From positions 142,639 to 206,638 of IMG/VR virus record IMGVR_UViG_3300045973_000169: DNA of 64,000 nt. One strand, given 5' to 3'. The notes under the pieces were generated by a model. The model had not been told where the DNA came from. It saw only the letters and a list, made by a program, of their open reading frames with translations, and ran no database searches. Positions 19,601-29,264 of this stretch are shown in pieces (the stretch's first letter is position 1; every line of letters begins with the position of its first letter). Made by a program: the position numbers and the translations under genes.

Positions 19601-22600
19601 AAATGGATAATGCTTGGATTGCTTCTTAACATCTGGCTAATTAAGTCACTAAAGTTTGAACCTGATAGTGATGAATTCTGAATAGATGAAGGTGTTGCTA
19701 ATTCTCTTCCATCGCCTCTGCCTTCAATTTCATACATACCCATACCAGCAGCAGATAGATTAGTTATAGTCCCAATGAACACTGTATCTAAATATCTTGG
19801 ATCAGAGTGATATCCTAGCTTAACACAGATTCTCATCCCTTGACGTAATGGACTTCTTCCACCCATAAAGGAATACATTTCTTCTGTATTAATCTTAGAT
19901 TCATCATCTTGGTTTCTAGTCTCAGTTATCATCTGAGGTTGACCAGTAACCTGATTAACTCCTTTATAACCATAGCGGCTATCATACATTGCTGAGGTTG
20001 TAGTCTTCCTTGGATCAACCACAACTCTACATTTTAGTATATGTGCAGGATTATTTCTATCTCTGATAACCATTAGGTCTTGGAGTAATCTAAAATCCCA
20101 GTAATCATCTAGTGCTTTATATTTATAGTCAGTTAAATTGTCATGTATGATATAAATCTTATATGTTGGATATGCATTCTGGATACCAATAGTTATAGCC
20201 TCTGAGTTATATACTTGTTGTAGTAGATAGTTTTCAGTTGATTCATCTATTTCTTCTCCTGCAGTTTCAATATAGTTTGCAGGGAGTGTATCAGAAATAC
20301 CAGTTGTATTATATTTTGCTCTTAAGGCAATAAGTTTTGCATTATTTTCTTTCCATAATTTGGTGTCATTTACTGACTCATGCATTGCAAGTAATATCTT
20401 TTTCTCTTCTAGTTTAGCCCATTGCTTTTCGTTACTAATAGATGGAGTTACTGATTTTGGCTTTACAGAAGGAGTTACATCAGGAGCATTAACATCTTTA
20501 TATGAAGCCCCTGTCACTCCACCTGGCTTACTAGAAATTGTCTTATGACAAATCTGTGCACTTAAAAACTTCTTAGCGTAGTCTTCTTGTTTTTCATTTA
20601 CTTTCTGGTTTGATAATGGAGCATGTAAATTCTTCATGCTTGTTGCAGATGGTTTGTGTAGAATACCATCAGATGTTAAGACACCCATTGATCTTCCATT
20701 ATCATCATAGACACTTGAAATCCTACTCCCCATATTATTGTCAAATACATCAGTAGGGTCATATGGATTTTTAAGAGAATTTACATTGCCTGCAAATGAC
20801 TCTTTCATATATTTAACAATAGCAGGGTCACCTTTAAAATGATGCTCATTAAACATACATGTAGAGAATTTATTTAAAGCAAAGTCTTTCGTTACAGGTT
20901 GTCCATCATTTTTAAGGATAGGGTAAAATAAACCAGCTCTATTCCCACTTTTATCATTAATCGGATTTCTACTATCAGATGCGAATGATGTTGTATCTTT
21001 TCTCATCGAAGGGATAGCAAGAGTACGTCCTATATTAAGACAACTATTCTCTTTCCCAATCATTTCTTCTTGGAGACCTCTCCAGGTATCTTTAATATAG
21101 ACAGTTTTATATGCATCTGTATCTGTCATATAGTCACCAATGAAATCCATCTCAGTCTTAAGCGTAGATACTTCATCTCCCATCATTCTTAATCTATTCT
21201 GAGAATACCAGTAACCTACTGAATTACTAAACATTTTATTATATGATATAAAGTTATCAACTCTATTAAACCATCTATGAGCTGCATAAGGTTTAGCTAA
21301 AAGAACTCCAGCTTGAAGATCTACTTTTATCTTCTCTCTCATTTTCTCGGTTATAACTTTATCTAATACAGCAGTGCTTGTAACTGTTTCTTTTGTTAAA
21401 GCATTTACGTCTGCTGGCATTTTACTTACACTTAATTGTTTGCTATCCCCTCCAACCTTAAATCCTCTTTTTAAAAACTCACCTTTTAAGAACTCAAGTT
21501 CTCCTAGAGAAATACCATTCAAATCAAATGTAGCTACATATCCATTAACTAACATATAATATGTATTAAAGTTAGATAAGACCTTTTTAAGTCTACCTTT
21601 ATCTGATTCTGATTTAACAACTAATGAAGTTAAGTCTAGTTCTATTTGAACTTCTCCAGGAGCTGAATATACTAACCCTGGATGTTCGGCTTCCCACTTC
21701 TTCTGCAATGCATTAAAATTCGATACAACATTATTTACGAATGCTCCATCAATTCCATCTGCACTATTGGATATAGACTCAGCAAGTTTTGCTTGTTTCC
21801 ATTGTAATCTATCGACTGCATGCTGTCCATTTACATTCTGAGTTACTGAATCTCTACTTTCATAAAATGACTTAGGAGTCTCTGTTGTCTGCATTCCTTT
21901 TGTTTTAGATATTTCATCTAAAGCTTTATTTAGATCAGCAGCAAATCTTTGAGATAGGCCATCAATATCTACGCTAGCAGAATTTCTTACTTTATAAAGC
22001 ATTGAGTCTTTACGTTCTAACTTCTCCATATCCTTAGCCATGTCTTGATACTCAGGCATATCTAACAGATGAGTTATACGTTTTAAACCCCAGTAGTTAT
22101 CAAACTTAACTGGGTCATTATCAGCTCTTGCTATAGATTCAAATATAGTCTTAGAGAATATTAAATTAACATCTGATAGATGTGGCTTCCCATCTACACT
22201 AGAGACTACAAGATTCTGTATAGTTAAAATATTAGCATCAGCAAGATCAAGGATAGGTGTCTGTACTAAGAATCTATTCTCAAAGTTACCAAATCTATCT
22301 GGAGTAATTGATTCTTTATATGATCTTAAAACCTGTCTTACTGCTTCAATGTCAGTTGTCTTAAAGTTAACAGAGACTTGTGTCTCACCAGGTCCAATGA
22401 ATTGAGCTGTTGGGATAGCATGCTCAAGAACAGGAGTCCAAGCAAAGTTATTAGAGTAAGACAAGGATACACTATGAGCATTTTCAGTTATACTACTTGC
22501 AGCTATAAGTTGGATACAGTCATTTTCTGTAAATCTTTTCCCTGCCGACTGTTGCATCAATTCCCAATGTTTATCGGAGAATGGATTATCTATCTTAAAT

Positions 22601-24279
22601 ATATTTATTTCAGATGGAGCATTATGATTAACATTATAAGCATGTAATTGTTTCTCATGTTCAATCATAAAATTATATGGATGAACTGATTCTTCTAAGT
22701 CAAATGTAGGATCAAATGCAGAGTCATCATCTTTTTTAGACTTCATTCTTATTACATCTCTTACTTTAGCCATATCACCAAGAGTAGTAACTGCTTGGAT
22801 TTCTTCATGATATCTAATATACTGTATCTTTTCAGAAGAGTTATTATGGAAGTAAGGCATAGGATTAAATAGAGACATCTCAAGACTACAACCAATACAT
22901 CCTGGGTGTCCTTCTATTGTATAAAGAGTATAAGTATCCATAGTAACAGGGACACAGTATCCTGATAATGATTCATGTCCACTGCCATATTGAGTAGCAA
23001 GGAACTTATTCTCTTTGCTTAGTTTATGAAATATATCTTTAGATCTTATGATATTAATTGGTACATATTTGAACTGTTGTAAGATCCTAAATAGATTATC
23101 ATTTATTCCATGTTCGCCTTGGAATATTAAGTTAAGTTTTATAATTGTTCTGTTAGTGATAGAAGTCATTTGTGGTCTTGACTCCATACCTAATAGTGGA
23201 ACATTTTGCGATGATCTTAACTGAGATATAAGTAAATGAGTTGGAGGAATATCAAGCCATACATCACCAATCTTAACCTTGTCAGCATTATCAGGATTAC
23301 TTAAGTCATATTGTGTCTGCCCTCTCTTCTTGTTGAAGATAGGTTTTAGTTGAGATAGGTGATTATAAAGTAAGTCAGACATATTTGTTTTAGCATCTTC
23401 GAATGCTTTAACTCTTGTCTGTACTTCTTGTGTATGAACTCCAAACCCTTTTTGCCCTGCACATTCTTGTGCTCTACGGAATGCATCTTGAGTCATGGAA
23501 CTATCCCTGTCAGGGTTATTCCAGTTAACATGGTGCATAAGCACAGCACCAGTTTTAACCTGTAGAGCTTCCAAGTCAATCGCAGGGTTACCAAGGCCAA
23601 AGTCGATTTTATAACTTTGTACAGGACGTGGACCTATATCGTCATAGCCTAAATCACTAGGAATAATTTTAGGGTATCCATTAGGATATACATCATTAGT
23701 GTTTCTTAGTGCCTGAGCATTAAGTAACATTTTCTCTGTAATTCTAGCTTGTATATTAGAATAAGGATCAGACTGTCTAATGATTAGATAATCTTTATCA
23801 CCTTCATGTCCAGCTTCATAATAGTATTCATTTTCATCACCCATTAAGGCTTTACTATTCTTATAAGCTTTCCCTGTCTCAAAGGCATCGATTTTTCTTA
23901 AACGACCTTCATCAAAACGAGTTATTCTACCAGTAGAATCTTTTACACCACCAGGAGAGTCACCGTCCTTAATCCATATCATTTCTTTTACTGCCTGTCC
24001 TTGCTCATTAACAATATCTCTGTCTAATGTAATAAGAGGAATATTAAACTTATTATCATAAGTAGGAAGATAGTTATCACCATAAGCTAATACAGGATCA
24101 CTAATTCTAGGGTCACCAAATCTTTGGATAGCATCAAATTCACTTTTTTTATTATCTTTTAGATTGGCTAACTTTTTATCATAATCATCAAAGTTAAACC
24201 CAAGTTTTTCTTTATCAAAAAATGGGATATTACTTATCAGTAAAAGTTCTTCTGTAGAAAGTCCATCGCAAGCTGACAT
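16678..24279 (-). CDS. Giant baseplate hub / tail-associated lysin: N-terminal thermonuclease-like domain, hub-like core, hydrophobic segments, C-terminal SLT lytic transglycosylase (2533 aa)
   Basis: SLT: 'IQRESGWNPKA' (catalytic E2432), 'RGLMQIN', 'FDPKTNIDYGVKYL', 'AVSAYNAG'. Hub-like: 'LRQGMRICVKLGY...TVFIGTITNL'. SNase: DGD105-107, R126, D131, E134. Confidence 0.8.
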   Translation of the reverse strand: MSACDGLSTEELLLISNIPFFDKEKLGFNFDDYDKKLANLKDNKKSEFDAIQRFGDPRISDPVLAYGDNYLPTYDNKFNIPLITLDRDIVNEQGQAVKEMIWIKDGDSPGGVKDSTGRITRFDEGRLRKIDAFETGKAYKNSKALMGDENEYYYEAGHEGDKDYLIIRQSDPYSNIQARITEKMLLNAQALRNTNDVYPNGYPKIIPSDLGYDDIGPRPVQSYKIDFGLGNPAIDLEALQVKTGAVLMHHVNWNNPDRDSSMTQDAFRRAQECAGQKGFGVHTQEVQTRVKAFEDAKTNMSDLLYNHLSQLKPIFNKKRGQTQYDLSNPDNADKVKIGDVWLDIPPTHLLISQLRSSQNVPLLGMESRPQMTSITNRTIIKLNLIFQGEHGINDNLFRILQQFKYVPINIIRSKDIFHKLSKENKFLATQYGSGHESLSGYCVPVTMDTYTLYTIEGHPGCIGCSLEMSLFNPMPYFHNNSSEKIQYIRYHEEIQAVTTLGDMAKVRDVIRMKSKKDDDSAFDPTFDLEESVHPYNFMIEHEKQLHAYNVNHNAPSEINIFKIDNPFSDKHWELMQQSAGKRFTENDCIQLIAASSITENAHSVSLSYSNNFAWTPVLEHAIPTAQFIGPGETQVSVNFKTTDIEAVRQVLRSYKESITPDRFGNFENRFLVQTPILDLADANILTIQNLVVSSVDGKPHLSDVNLIFSKTIFESIARADNDPVKFDNYWGLKRITHLLDMPEYQDMAKDMEKLERKDSMLYKVRNSASVDIDGLSQRFAADLNKALDEISKTKGMQTTETPKSFYESRDSVTQNVNGQHAVDRLQWKQAKLAESISNSADGIDGAFVNNVVSNFNALQKKWEAEHPGLVYSAPGEVQIELDLTSLVVKSESDKGRLKKVLSNFNTYYMLVNGYVATFDLNGISLGELEFLKGEFLKRGFKVGGDSKQLSVSKMPADVNALTKETVTSTAVLDKVITEKMREKIKVDLQAGVLLAKPYAAHRWFNRVDNFISYNKMFSNSVGYWYSQNRLRMMGDEVSTLKTEMDFIGDYMTDTDAYKTVYIKDTWRGLQEEMIGKENSCLNIGRTLAIPSMRKDTTSFASDSRNPINDKSGNRAGLFYPILKNDGQPVTKDFALNKFSTCMFNEHHFKGDPAIVKYMKESFAGNVNSLKNPYDPTDVFDNNMGSRISSVYDDNGRSMGVLTSDGILHKPSATSMKNLHAPLSNQKVNEKQEDYAKKFLSAQICHKTISSKPGGVTGASYKDVNAPDVTPSVKPKSVTPSISNEKQWAKLEEKKILLAMHESVNDTKLWKENNAKLIALRAKYNTTGISDTLPANYIETAGEEIDESTENYLLQQVYNSEAITIGIQNAYPTYKIYIIHDNLTDYKYKALDDYWDFRLLQDLMVIRDRNNPAHILKCRVVVDPRKTTTSAMYDSRYGYKGVNQVTGQPQMITETRNQDDESKINTEEMYSFMGGRSPLRQGMRICVKLGYHSDPRYLDTVFIGTITNLSAAGMGMYEIEGRGDGRELATPSSIQNSSLSGSNFSDLISQMLRSNPSIIHFGRMFGSHIEQFSRRNKNLMNFIMSRANITGLIGTGTSALVTGGTFAGAAAIGMIGASPLAAAAVGTSVGALAYASFGAEGDYGRKMIEAGKMTLFRESCKGNERFSTTFSNLYGRLRGDLFNADKATTQLFRHMADTLENGHNPIDANIFAFDIWASASGSNVTLKANNQRTVWDVLRDIQRIYPGYALDVRPYGSRSTLFLGDPDFHYFRTDDPLLAMAPSFIERSDATRESGNNNDRYRKAIMDYSPRRDTLGNIDPETLSTGILPMVPFQKHHIATSWDNIIYNGVRATPERGWNSVVISKSSDGSGKPEEYVANADIFNHALRRKFAVIDWTNDERLSQQYALGLLKEGVERLYGGTLILRGNSKIEPYDKIYICDKVSKMYGWVQVETVIHKFDSEMGFTTHIVPNMVCKINDTAYSTAGDLRRKYIIGKVSNYWNERGAAGLAIDATSLVLGATTGPWTSLGFSLVANGLLEANKHFAQARENETFVNKYNGLPTDTLDALNKFNWAENVVEWKYSVYADTALAYAGKTAAVVGSSGAKRGLVAAGNSVVQSGRYVFSDVFAGAVKTVFRRITPGEYLSNLMPKKVPDFLNRWATQTADYTRELKAAAVDAALAAETIVDKQVIASMEKILAKKETAWKDLSKSQKDLLKDTKINVNTEKEYEVLLNKMKPKGLFGGKYSAGTKAVGSKLIEGGKKLLGGPLARNVSMLLALSVVMELPSIVEMFAIEAATKGNIVVISPIWFKDSMLMPGLEGYRNNDMWMHMKGMVINAKDAFNEAYSSLSDYEPVKLAADILDPGIQFTGNAFASTPSGSMKLKSYSITEEIVRQDSMFNQLKPMVDEALSKLNGTKKYILEPEVVYGLIQRESGWNPKAIGVQDKNDRGLMQINGKAHPSMDGTHGKDPFDPKTNIDYGVKYLFDLIQTENGDVSRAVSAYNAGHGPQFMKNTDHINAVLSYYWQFKKELGKV

Positions 24280-24282
24280 TAA

Positions 24283-27200
24283 TTAACCTCTGTATTGGTG
24301 CATATCTGATTTATAAGGATCAGTCCCATCCGAACGAACAGAGACTGTATTGTTAAGTCGTCCACCGAAAGCAGCGGAGATAGATGAAATTGAATCATTA
24401 TGGTTTTCTCGTCTGTCTGTTAATAAACCCATGTGCATATTATTCCCCATAGATGATCCCATCTGTCTTGGTGTTCCCATATATCCTCTATGTGAATCTC
24501 CAAATGATGGATTAGATACAGAAGGAAGATCATTTATATCTTCTGGAGTCCCATCCCCACCAAGTACATTTAGTGCAGTCATTGCAACTAAACCTGCTCC
24601 AAGAGCAAGTCCAACTTTCCCTGGAGTAATTTTACCCATAAGATTTCTTACTTGCTCTGCTCCATAAATTTCTCTCTTAGATATCCCTTTTACAATAGAT
24701 CCATGTAGTTCAGGATTAATAAATGACTCATGACCTAAGTGTCTCTGTAAGTTTGAGTCTCCAAGAAGACCTTTAAAGAATCCTTCTTCGCTATCTCTAT
24801 GTTGTCTTATAACTGCATCATAGCTTTCAGAAGCAGAGAAGTGACCTGTCTTCTTTAGGTCTTCTATAAAGTCGAAATAACTATGAGATGTAGTATATCC
24901 CATATTCTTAAAAGCTTCGGTTTCATTTGTGAATGTCATTCCTTTTGTCTTCTCTACATAAGCAGCAGCTCTAGTCTTAGCTAGTTCTGGAGTAAACCCT
25001 GGAAGTAACTTTAATGCATTCTCTACCTCAGTTGCTCCTTCACGCTTAAACATTGTATGTATATTAGTTAATGTTTCGAATTCTTTCTTAACGTTATTCT
25101 TTGACCCTTCACGTAAGAAAGCAGGAACTTCACCATTCCTATTCTGTACTGCATTTAATGTATTGTATAGATGTAATGCACCAACTTCACCTTGTAACTC
25201 TGCAAACCCAGTTAGAGCTTTCTCTTTAGTTAGCTCTCCCATGTTGGCAACCATGTGATCTATTTTGTTGGTTACACCAAGCATCTTCTCTACGTGCTTT
25301 GAAGATATAGACCCCTGGACAATTTCTTTAGCAGGGATATCTATTGCATGAATCATTGCATTCATCTGTTGTTCTTCAGATAGAGATGAATTTCCAATAA
25401 TCTTGCTCATCATTGCATTAGTCATCTCTTTGGTTCTTACATGCGCTGAACCAGTAGTTCGTTTAGTTAACCAAGCTGCAGTAACAGATTCTTTTTCAGA
25501 ATATGCCATAGCCTTAGTCAAATCATCTAATCTGTCTGCATGTGGGAGGAAGTAATTCTTAGATTCATTATTGAAAATAGCCTGTAATGAATTCTTCTTA
25601 TTTTCTTTTATCGCATTGATAACATCATGTGACATGCTTTGTTCTTTTAAGATTCTATCATATACATTAGATCTGTTTTGAGTATGGAATAAGAATTTAG
25701 CAAATGCAATATCACCGTCATTATCAGCATTCATTAATGTTCTTAGGCGATGTCCGAATGCTATAAACTTACCACCTTCGACATATCCTTTATCTGTAGC
25801 AAATGTGAAAGATAAAGCTTTAGAAGAAGAATAGATATTAGGGAAACGGTCTACAAATGTAGACTGTCCCGCTCTCTCTATTAATGAAGCTGCTTTATCA
25901 TGTTGTCCACTTTGGACTAACGAATGTAATAAGTCATAATCTTTAACAGATTGTTGAGCTATACTATGACCTACTTGTTTAAATTTATCTCCTGAAGCTA
26001 TATCAGCATAATGCTTTTCGAATATATTCCCTTTACCAAATCTATCTTCTAAGAAAGAACTAATTGTTTTATTATTATCCTTAGCTGTTATATATGATTT
26101 CTGTAATTCATCAGCGATAGAAGATGCATATGTTTCTTTGTCAATTACAGTAGTGTTACCAAATAGATGGTCTAGCTTAGATCCTTCTTCAATACTGCCA
26201 ATTAATTCTTTATTATTAATAAGATGAGTATCGGCAAATACTTTATCTAGTGAAGCTCCCTCAACTTGGAAAGCGCCTCTTCTTAAGTATCCTTCTTTAG
26301 ATGCCATATTACCAGTCGCTCTAATATCAATTAGCTTCTGATAGTTACTACTGCTAATCACTCCACCATTATTCTTTGCATCAACTAATATCTGTGTTTC
26401 TAATCTAACATCTCTAGAAACAGCTAACCTTTCTTCGTCATCTAAGTATTGTGACTTCTGATAAAAATCTCCAGATCCGAAATAAGCTAATCTCCCATCT
26501 TCAGTTGCAACACCAAATCCTTTGGCATTAACATCTGGGTTAAGAAATGATTTAGTCATTAAATAAGGATCATCTATATTGCCGCCTTTGATTATCTTAC
26601 CATCGGCAAGCATCTCTTCAAGCCCTTCTTTATTCAGGACTTTAACTCCAGTCTTCTCCATCTGTCCAGCTAACTTAGGATCTTTCATGAAGTTCATATA
26701 CATCTGACCTTCAGATAGAATCTTCCTTGAATCAGTTAAACTACTTCCTGCAAGCTCTTCCATTACTTTACTTGGAAGCAGATATGGCATATCATTGACA
26801 CCCATTCTATAAACATTATGTCCTATCCCTTGAGTATATAAACTCTCTTGAGGAAATATAGTTGACATGATATGGAACTGATTTATATTCTTAGTTTTAT
26901 CACCAAGGCTCTGTAAATGATCTGTCATTAAATCAGCAGCATCATTATAAGAGATATCTTGTGAGCCGCCTCTCATATGTCCTAGTAATCTAGTCATTAA
27001 GTTTATCTGTTCTTTCATCGGGCCAGCCCCTTGGTCGAACTGTAATCTCCCTTGTCGTGCTAGCTGAGTAAGATTCCCAGTAAATCCTCCTACATATTTA
27101 GATAAACTTTTTGTAAGGTTCTCATTTAATACAACATCTTTTTCTGCAGCATAAGCGTGTCCAGCTACCATTGACTGTAATGTAGTTAACATACTCCCTG

Positions 27201-29262
27201 CGCCTTTACCTGCAATTATACCATCAATCCCATCTTTACCTATAGATGAAGGAAATACTTTCTTGAAGAAATCGAGAGACATATCGAAACTAACATTCTT
27301 GCCATACAGAGCAGCTGTTTCTTGTGGCATTAATTGAGCAGCACTTCTTAGATCATGATAAGTTCCTACTTTAGTAAGGGCCTCAACACTTTGACCATAG
27401 AATGTTTTCTCAATTGTTCCTTCTCCGAATCCTCTTAATGTTCTTGCAATATCTTCTTTAGTCTGGATAACCTTAGTATTTGTTGTAACTAAACCATTAG
27501 AATGAGACATAGCTCTATCATATGAAGCAGCAGTATCTATCTGATTATTGGCAGTACCTAACCCAACTACAGTCCCAGGTCTTAGTTCGATCCTTTCAAC
27601 TTGGCTTAATGTTTTTGTATCATTATATAGGTCAAATAGAGTCTTATCACTGTGTGATTCTCCACCGATTATATATGTAGGATTCATTAATTTAGTCATA
27701 GCCTGTTTTTCACTTGGTAATCCACCCCAAGTATATCCAGTCTTTGCTTTCATCTCTATGGCTCTAGAAACCCTCATATTATCTTTTAAACCAGGGGCGA
27801 ATTGGATAACCTCTTCTGTATGTGGATTTATTACCCCTAGCATTGTTGCATGCCCTTGGTCATAAACCTGTCCATAAGCTAAAGGATTAGTCCCTTGAGC
27901 TAAATGACTCCAAACTAAAGGTAGGTTCTTATCAATATTTTCACCAAAACGTCCATGGAATTTAAAGTCTTTCATAGATTTGAGTGAGTCGATACCATTC
28001 CCTTTAGTCATGGTTGGGAAGAATGTAGATGTCCACATAGCCCCTTGACTCTGAGAAACATTATATCCAATGAATTCATTTATCTGTTGTTGTATTGGAG
28101 AATGGATACCTCTAAATTTATTATTAGCATTACCTCTTGCTACTTCATTCATTCCAGCTACTGCATTAATGGCTTCTGGTTCTATTGAGTGTAGACTATT
28201 TAATGAAACATTAGACTCCATCGCTCCCCTAAGTCCAGCATTTTCCATTTCATGTAAACCATAGATATCATTCTTTACTGTACGCCCTAACCTTTGGATC
28301 TTCGCCGGTGAGTTCCCTTCTGCCCACAATAGATGACTGCTAAGGTTTTTAAATAGTTGTTTGATGCCATGCATCTCATGGAAATCTTTAACTATTCTTT
28401 CAGCATTAGTCTTGCTCTCAATCATCTTTACATGAGCAGCAGCATCTTTCCCTTTAGTCCCTTTTCTTATAATATCATCATAATGGAGAACATCTCTTAC
28501 ATCTCTGGCATTCCCAGAGTTAGCTGTAATTAATGCTTTCTGATTATTAGAAATCATATCTAAGACATATTCATTATAAGACATGAATTCAGATCCAACT
28601 ACATTCTTACCTTCAAGTGTTGGTCTCCTAAAGTAAGGAGCCACATAATGTGCTCCTTCTTTATTTCTTACAATCCAAGCTCCAGTCTCTTCGTCGAATT
28701 TTGCTAAAGGAACTTCTACGCTATGATTACCTATCTTTACACTTAAAGATGTACTAGCTCCAACAGCATCTTCTCTCGTAGCTGTAATCCCTAGTTTCTT
28801 TAAGTTTTCTAATACCTTAGACTGGACATCTACATTATCAATAGAATAGACACCTTTGTTTAGGTTAACTCCATGGACAGTAGATCCATTAGAGAATCTT
28901 GCTATTTCTTCAGCGGTTATATCAATTCCAGTCTCTTTGAGTCCAACACTGTTTATGCTATTAATCTTCTCAATCATAGAAGTGTCTCTATGAGCATAAG
29001 TAGCTTTCTTCATCTCCATCCCACGCTTTAAGCCTGTGTCTATAGAGTCTGCTATATTAGATATACGTCTCTGTAATGGGGTTTGACTTGGGTTAGTTAA
29101 TGGCATAACCTTATCTAATATATTAGTTAGTTGCCCACCTAACCAACCTTCTGGCTCTCTATTAACTTTATATAAAGTATATGCTGAAGCACCTAGTATC
29201 CCAGTCATCCCTATCTTCGGGACGATTGAATCATTGTATTGTTCATAAGGTCTATTAGACAT
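24283..29262 (-). CDS. Putative single-chain two-barrel (DPBB) RNA polymerase, probably virion-packaged (1659 aa)
   Basis: NADNDGD (aa 1178-1184, nt 25711-25731) is preceded by R1139-F-P, KEGYLR (aa 989-994) and a beta-like K631-VGTY-H636-DL-R639. The motifs occur in beta-then-beta' order. Confidence 0.75.
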   Translation of the reverse strand: MSNRPYEQYNDSIVPKIGMTGILGASAYTLYKVNREPEGWLGGQLTNILDKVMPLTNPSQTPLQRRISNIADSIDTGLKRGMEMKKATYAHRDTSMIEKINSINSVGLKETGIDITAEEIARFSNGSTVHGVNLNKGVYSIDNVDVQSKVLENLKKLGITATREDAVGASTSLSVKIGNHSVEVPLAKFDEETGAWIVRNKEGAHYVAPYFRRPTLEGKNVVGSEFMSYNEYVLDMISNNQKALITANSGNARDVRDVLHYDDIIRKGTKGKDAAAHVKMIESKTNAERIVKDFHEMHGIKQLFKNLSSHLLWAEGNSPAKIQRLGRTVKNDIYGLHEMENAGLRGAMESNVSLNSLHSIEPEAINAVAGMNEVARGNANNKFRGIHSPIQQQINEFIGYNVSQSQGAMWTSTFFPTMTKGNGIDSLKSMKDFKFHGRFGENIDKNLPLVWSHLAQGTNPLAYGQVYDQGHATMLGVINPHTEEVIQFAPGLKDNMRVSRAIEMKAKTGYTWGGLPSEKQAMTKLMNPTYIIGGESHSDKTLFDLYNDTKTLSQVERIELRPGTVVGLGTANNQIDTAASYDRAMSHSNGLVTTNTKVIQTKEDIARTLRGFGEGTIEKTFYGQSVEALTKVGTYHDLRSAAQLMPQETAALYGKNVSFDMSLDFFKKVFPSSIGKDGIDGIIAGKGAGSMLTTLQSMVAGHAYAAEKDVVLNENLTKSLSKYVGGFTGNLTQLARQGRLQFDQGAGPMKEQINLMTRLLGHMRGGSQDISYNDAADLMTDHLQSLGDKTKNINQFHIMSTIFPQESLYTQGIGHNVYRMGVNDMPYLLPSKVMEELAGSSLTDSRKILSEGQMYMNFMKDPKLAGQMEKTGVKVLNKEGLEEMLADGKIIKGGNIDDPYLMTKSFLNPDVNAKGFGVATEDGRLAYFGSGDFYQKSQYLDDEERLAVSRDVRLETQILVDAKNNGGVISSSNYQKLIDIRATGNMASKEGYLRRGAFQVEGASLDKVFADTHLINNKELIGSIEEGSKLDHLFGNTTVIDKETYASSIADELQKSYITAKDNNKTISSFLEDRFGKGNIFEKHYADIASGDKFKQVGHSIAQQSVKDYDLLHSLVQSGQHDKAASLIERAGQSTFVDRFPNIYSSSKALSFTFATDKGYVEGGKFIAFGHRLRTLMNADNDGDIAFAKFLFHTQNRSNVYDRILKEQSMSHDVINAIKENKKNSLQAIFNNESKNYFLPHADRLDDLTKAMAYSEKESVTAAWLTKRTTGSAHVRTKEMTNAMMSKIIGNSSLSEEQQMNAMIHAIDIPAKEIVQGSISSKHVEKMLGVTNKIDHMVANMGELTKEKALTGFAELQGEVGALHLYNTLNAVQNRNGEVPAFLREGSKNNVKKEFETLTNIHTMFKREGATEVENALKLLPGFTPELAKTRAAAYVEKTKGMTFTNETEAFKNMGYTTSHSYFDFIEDLKKTGHFSASESYDAVIRQHRDSEEGFFKGLLGDSNLQRHLGHESFINPELHGSIVKGISKREIYGAEQVRNLMGKITPGKVGLALGAGLVAMTALNVLGGDGTPEDINDLPSVSNPSFGDSHRGYMGTPRQMGSSMGNNMHMGLLTDRRENHNDSISSISAAFGGRLNNTVSVRSDGTDPYKSDMHQYRG

Positions 29263-29264
29263 TG

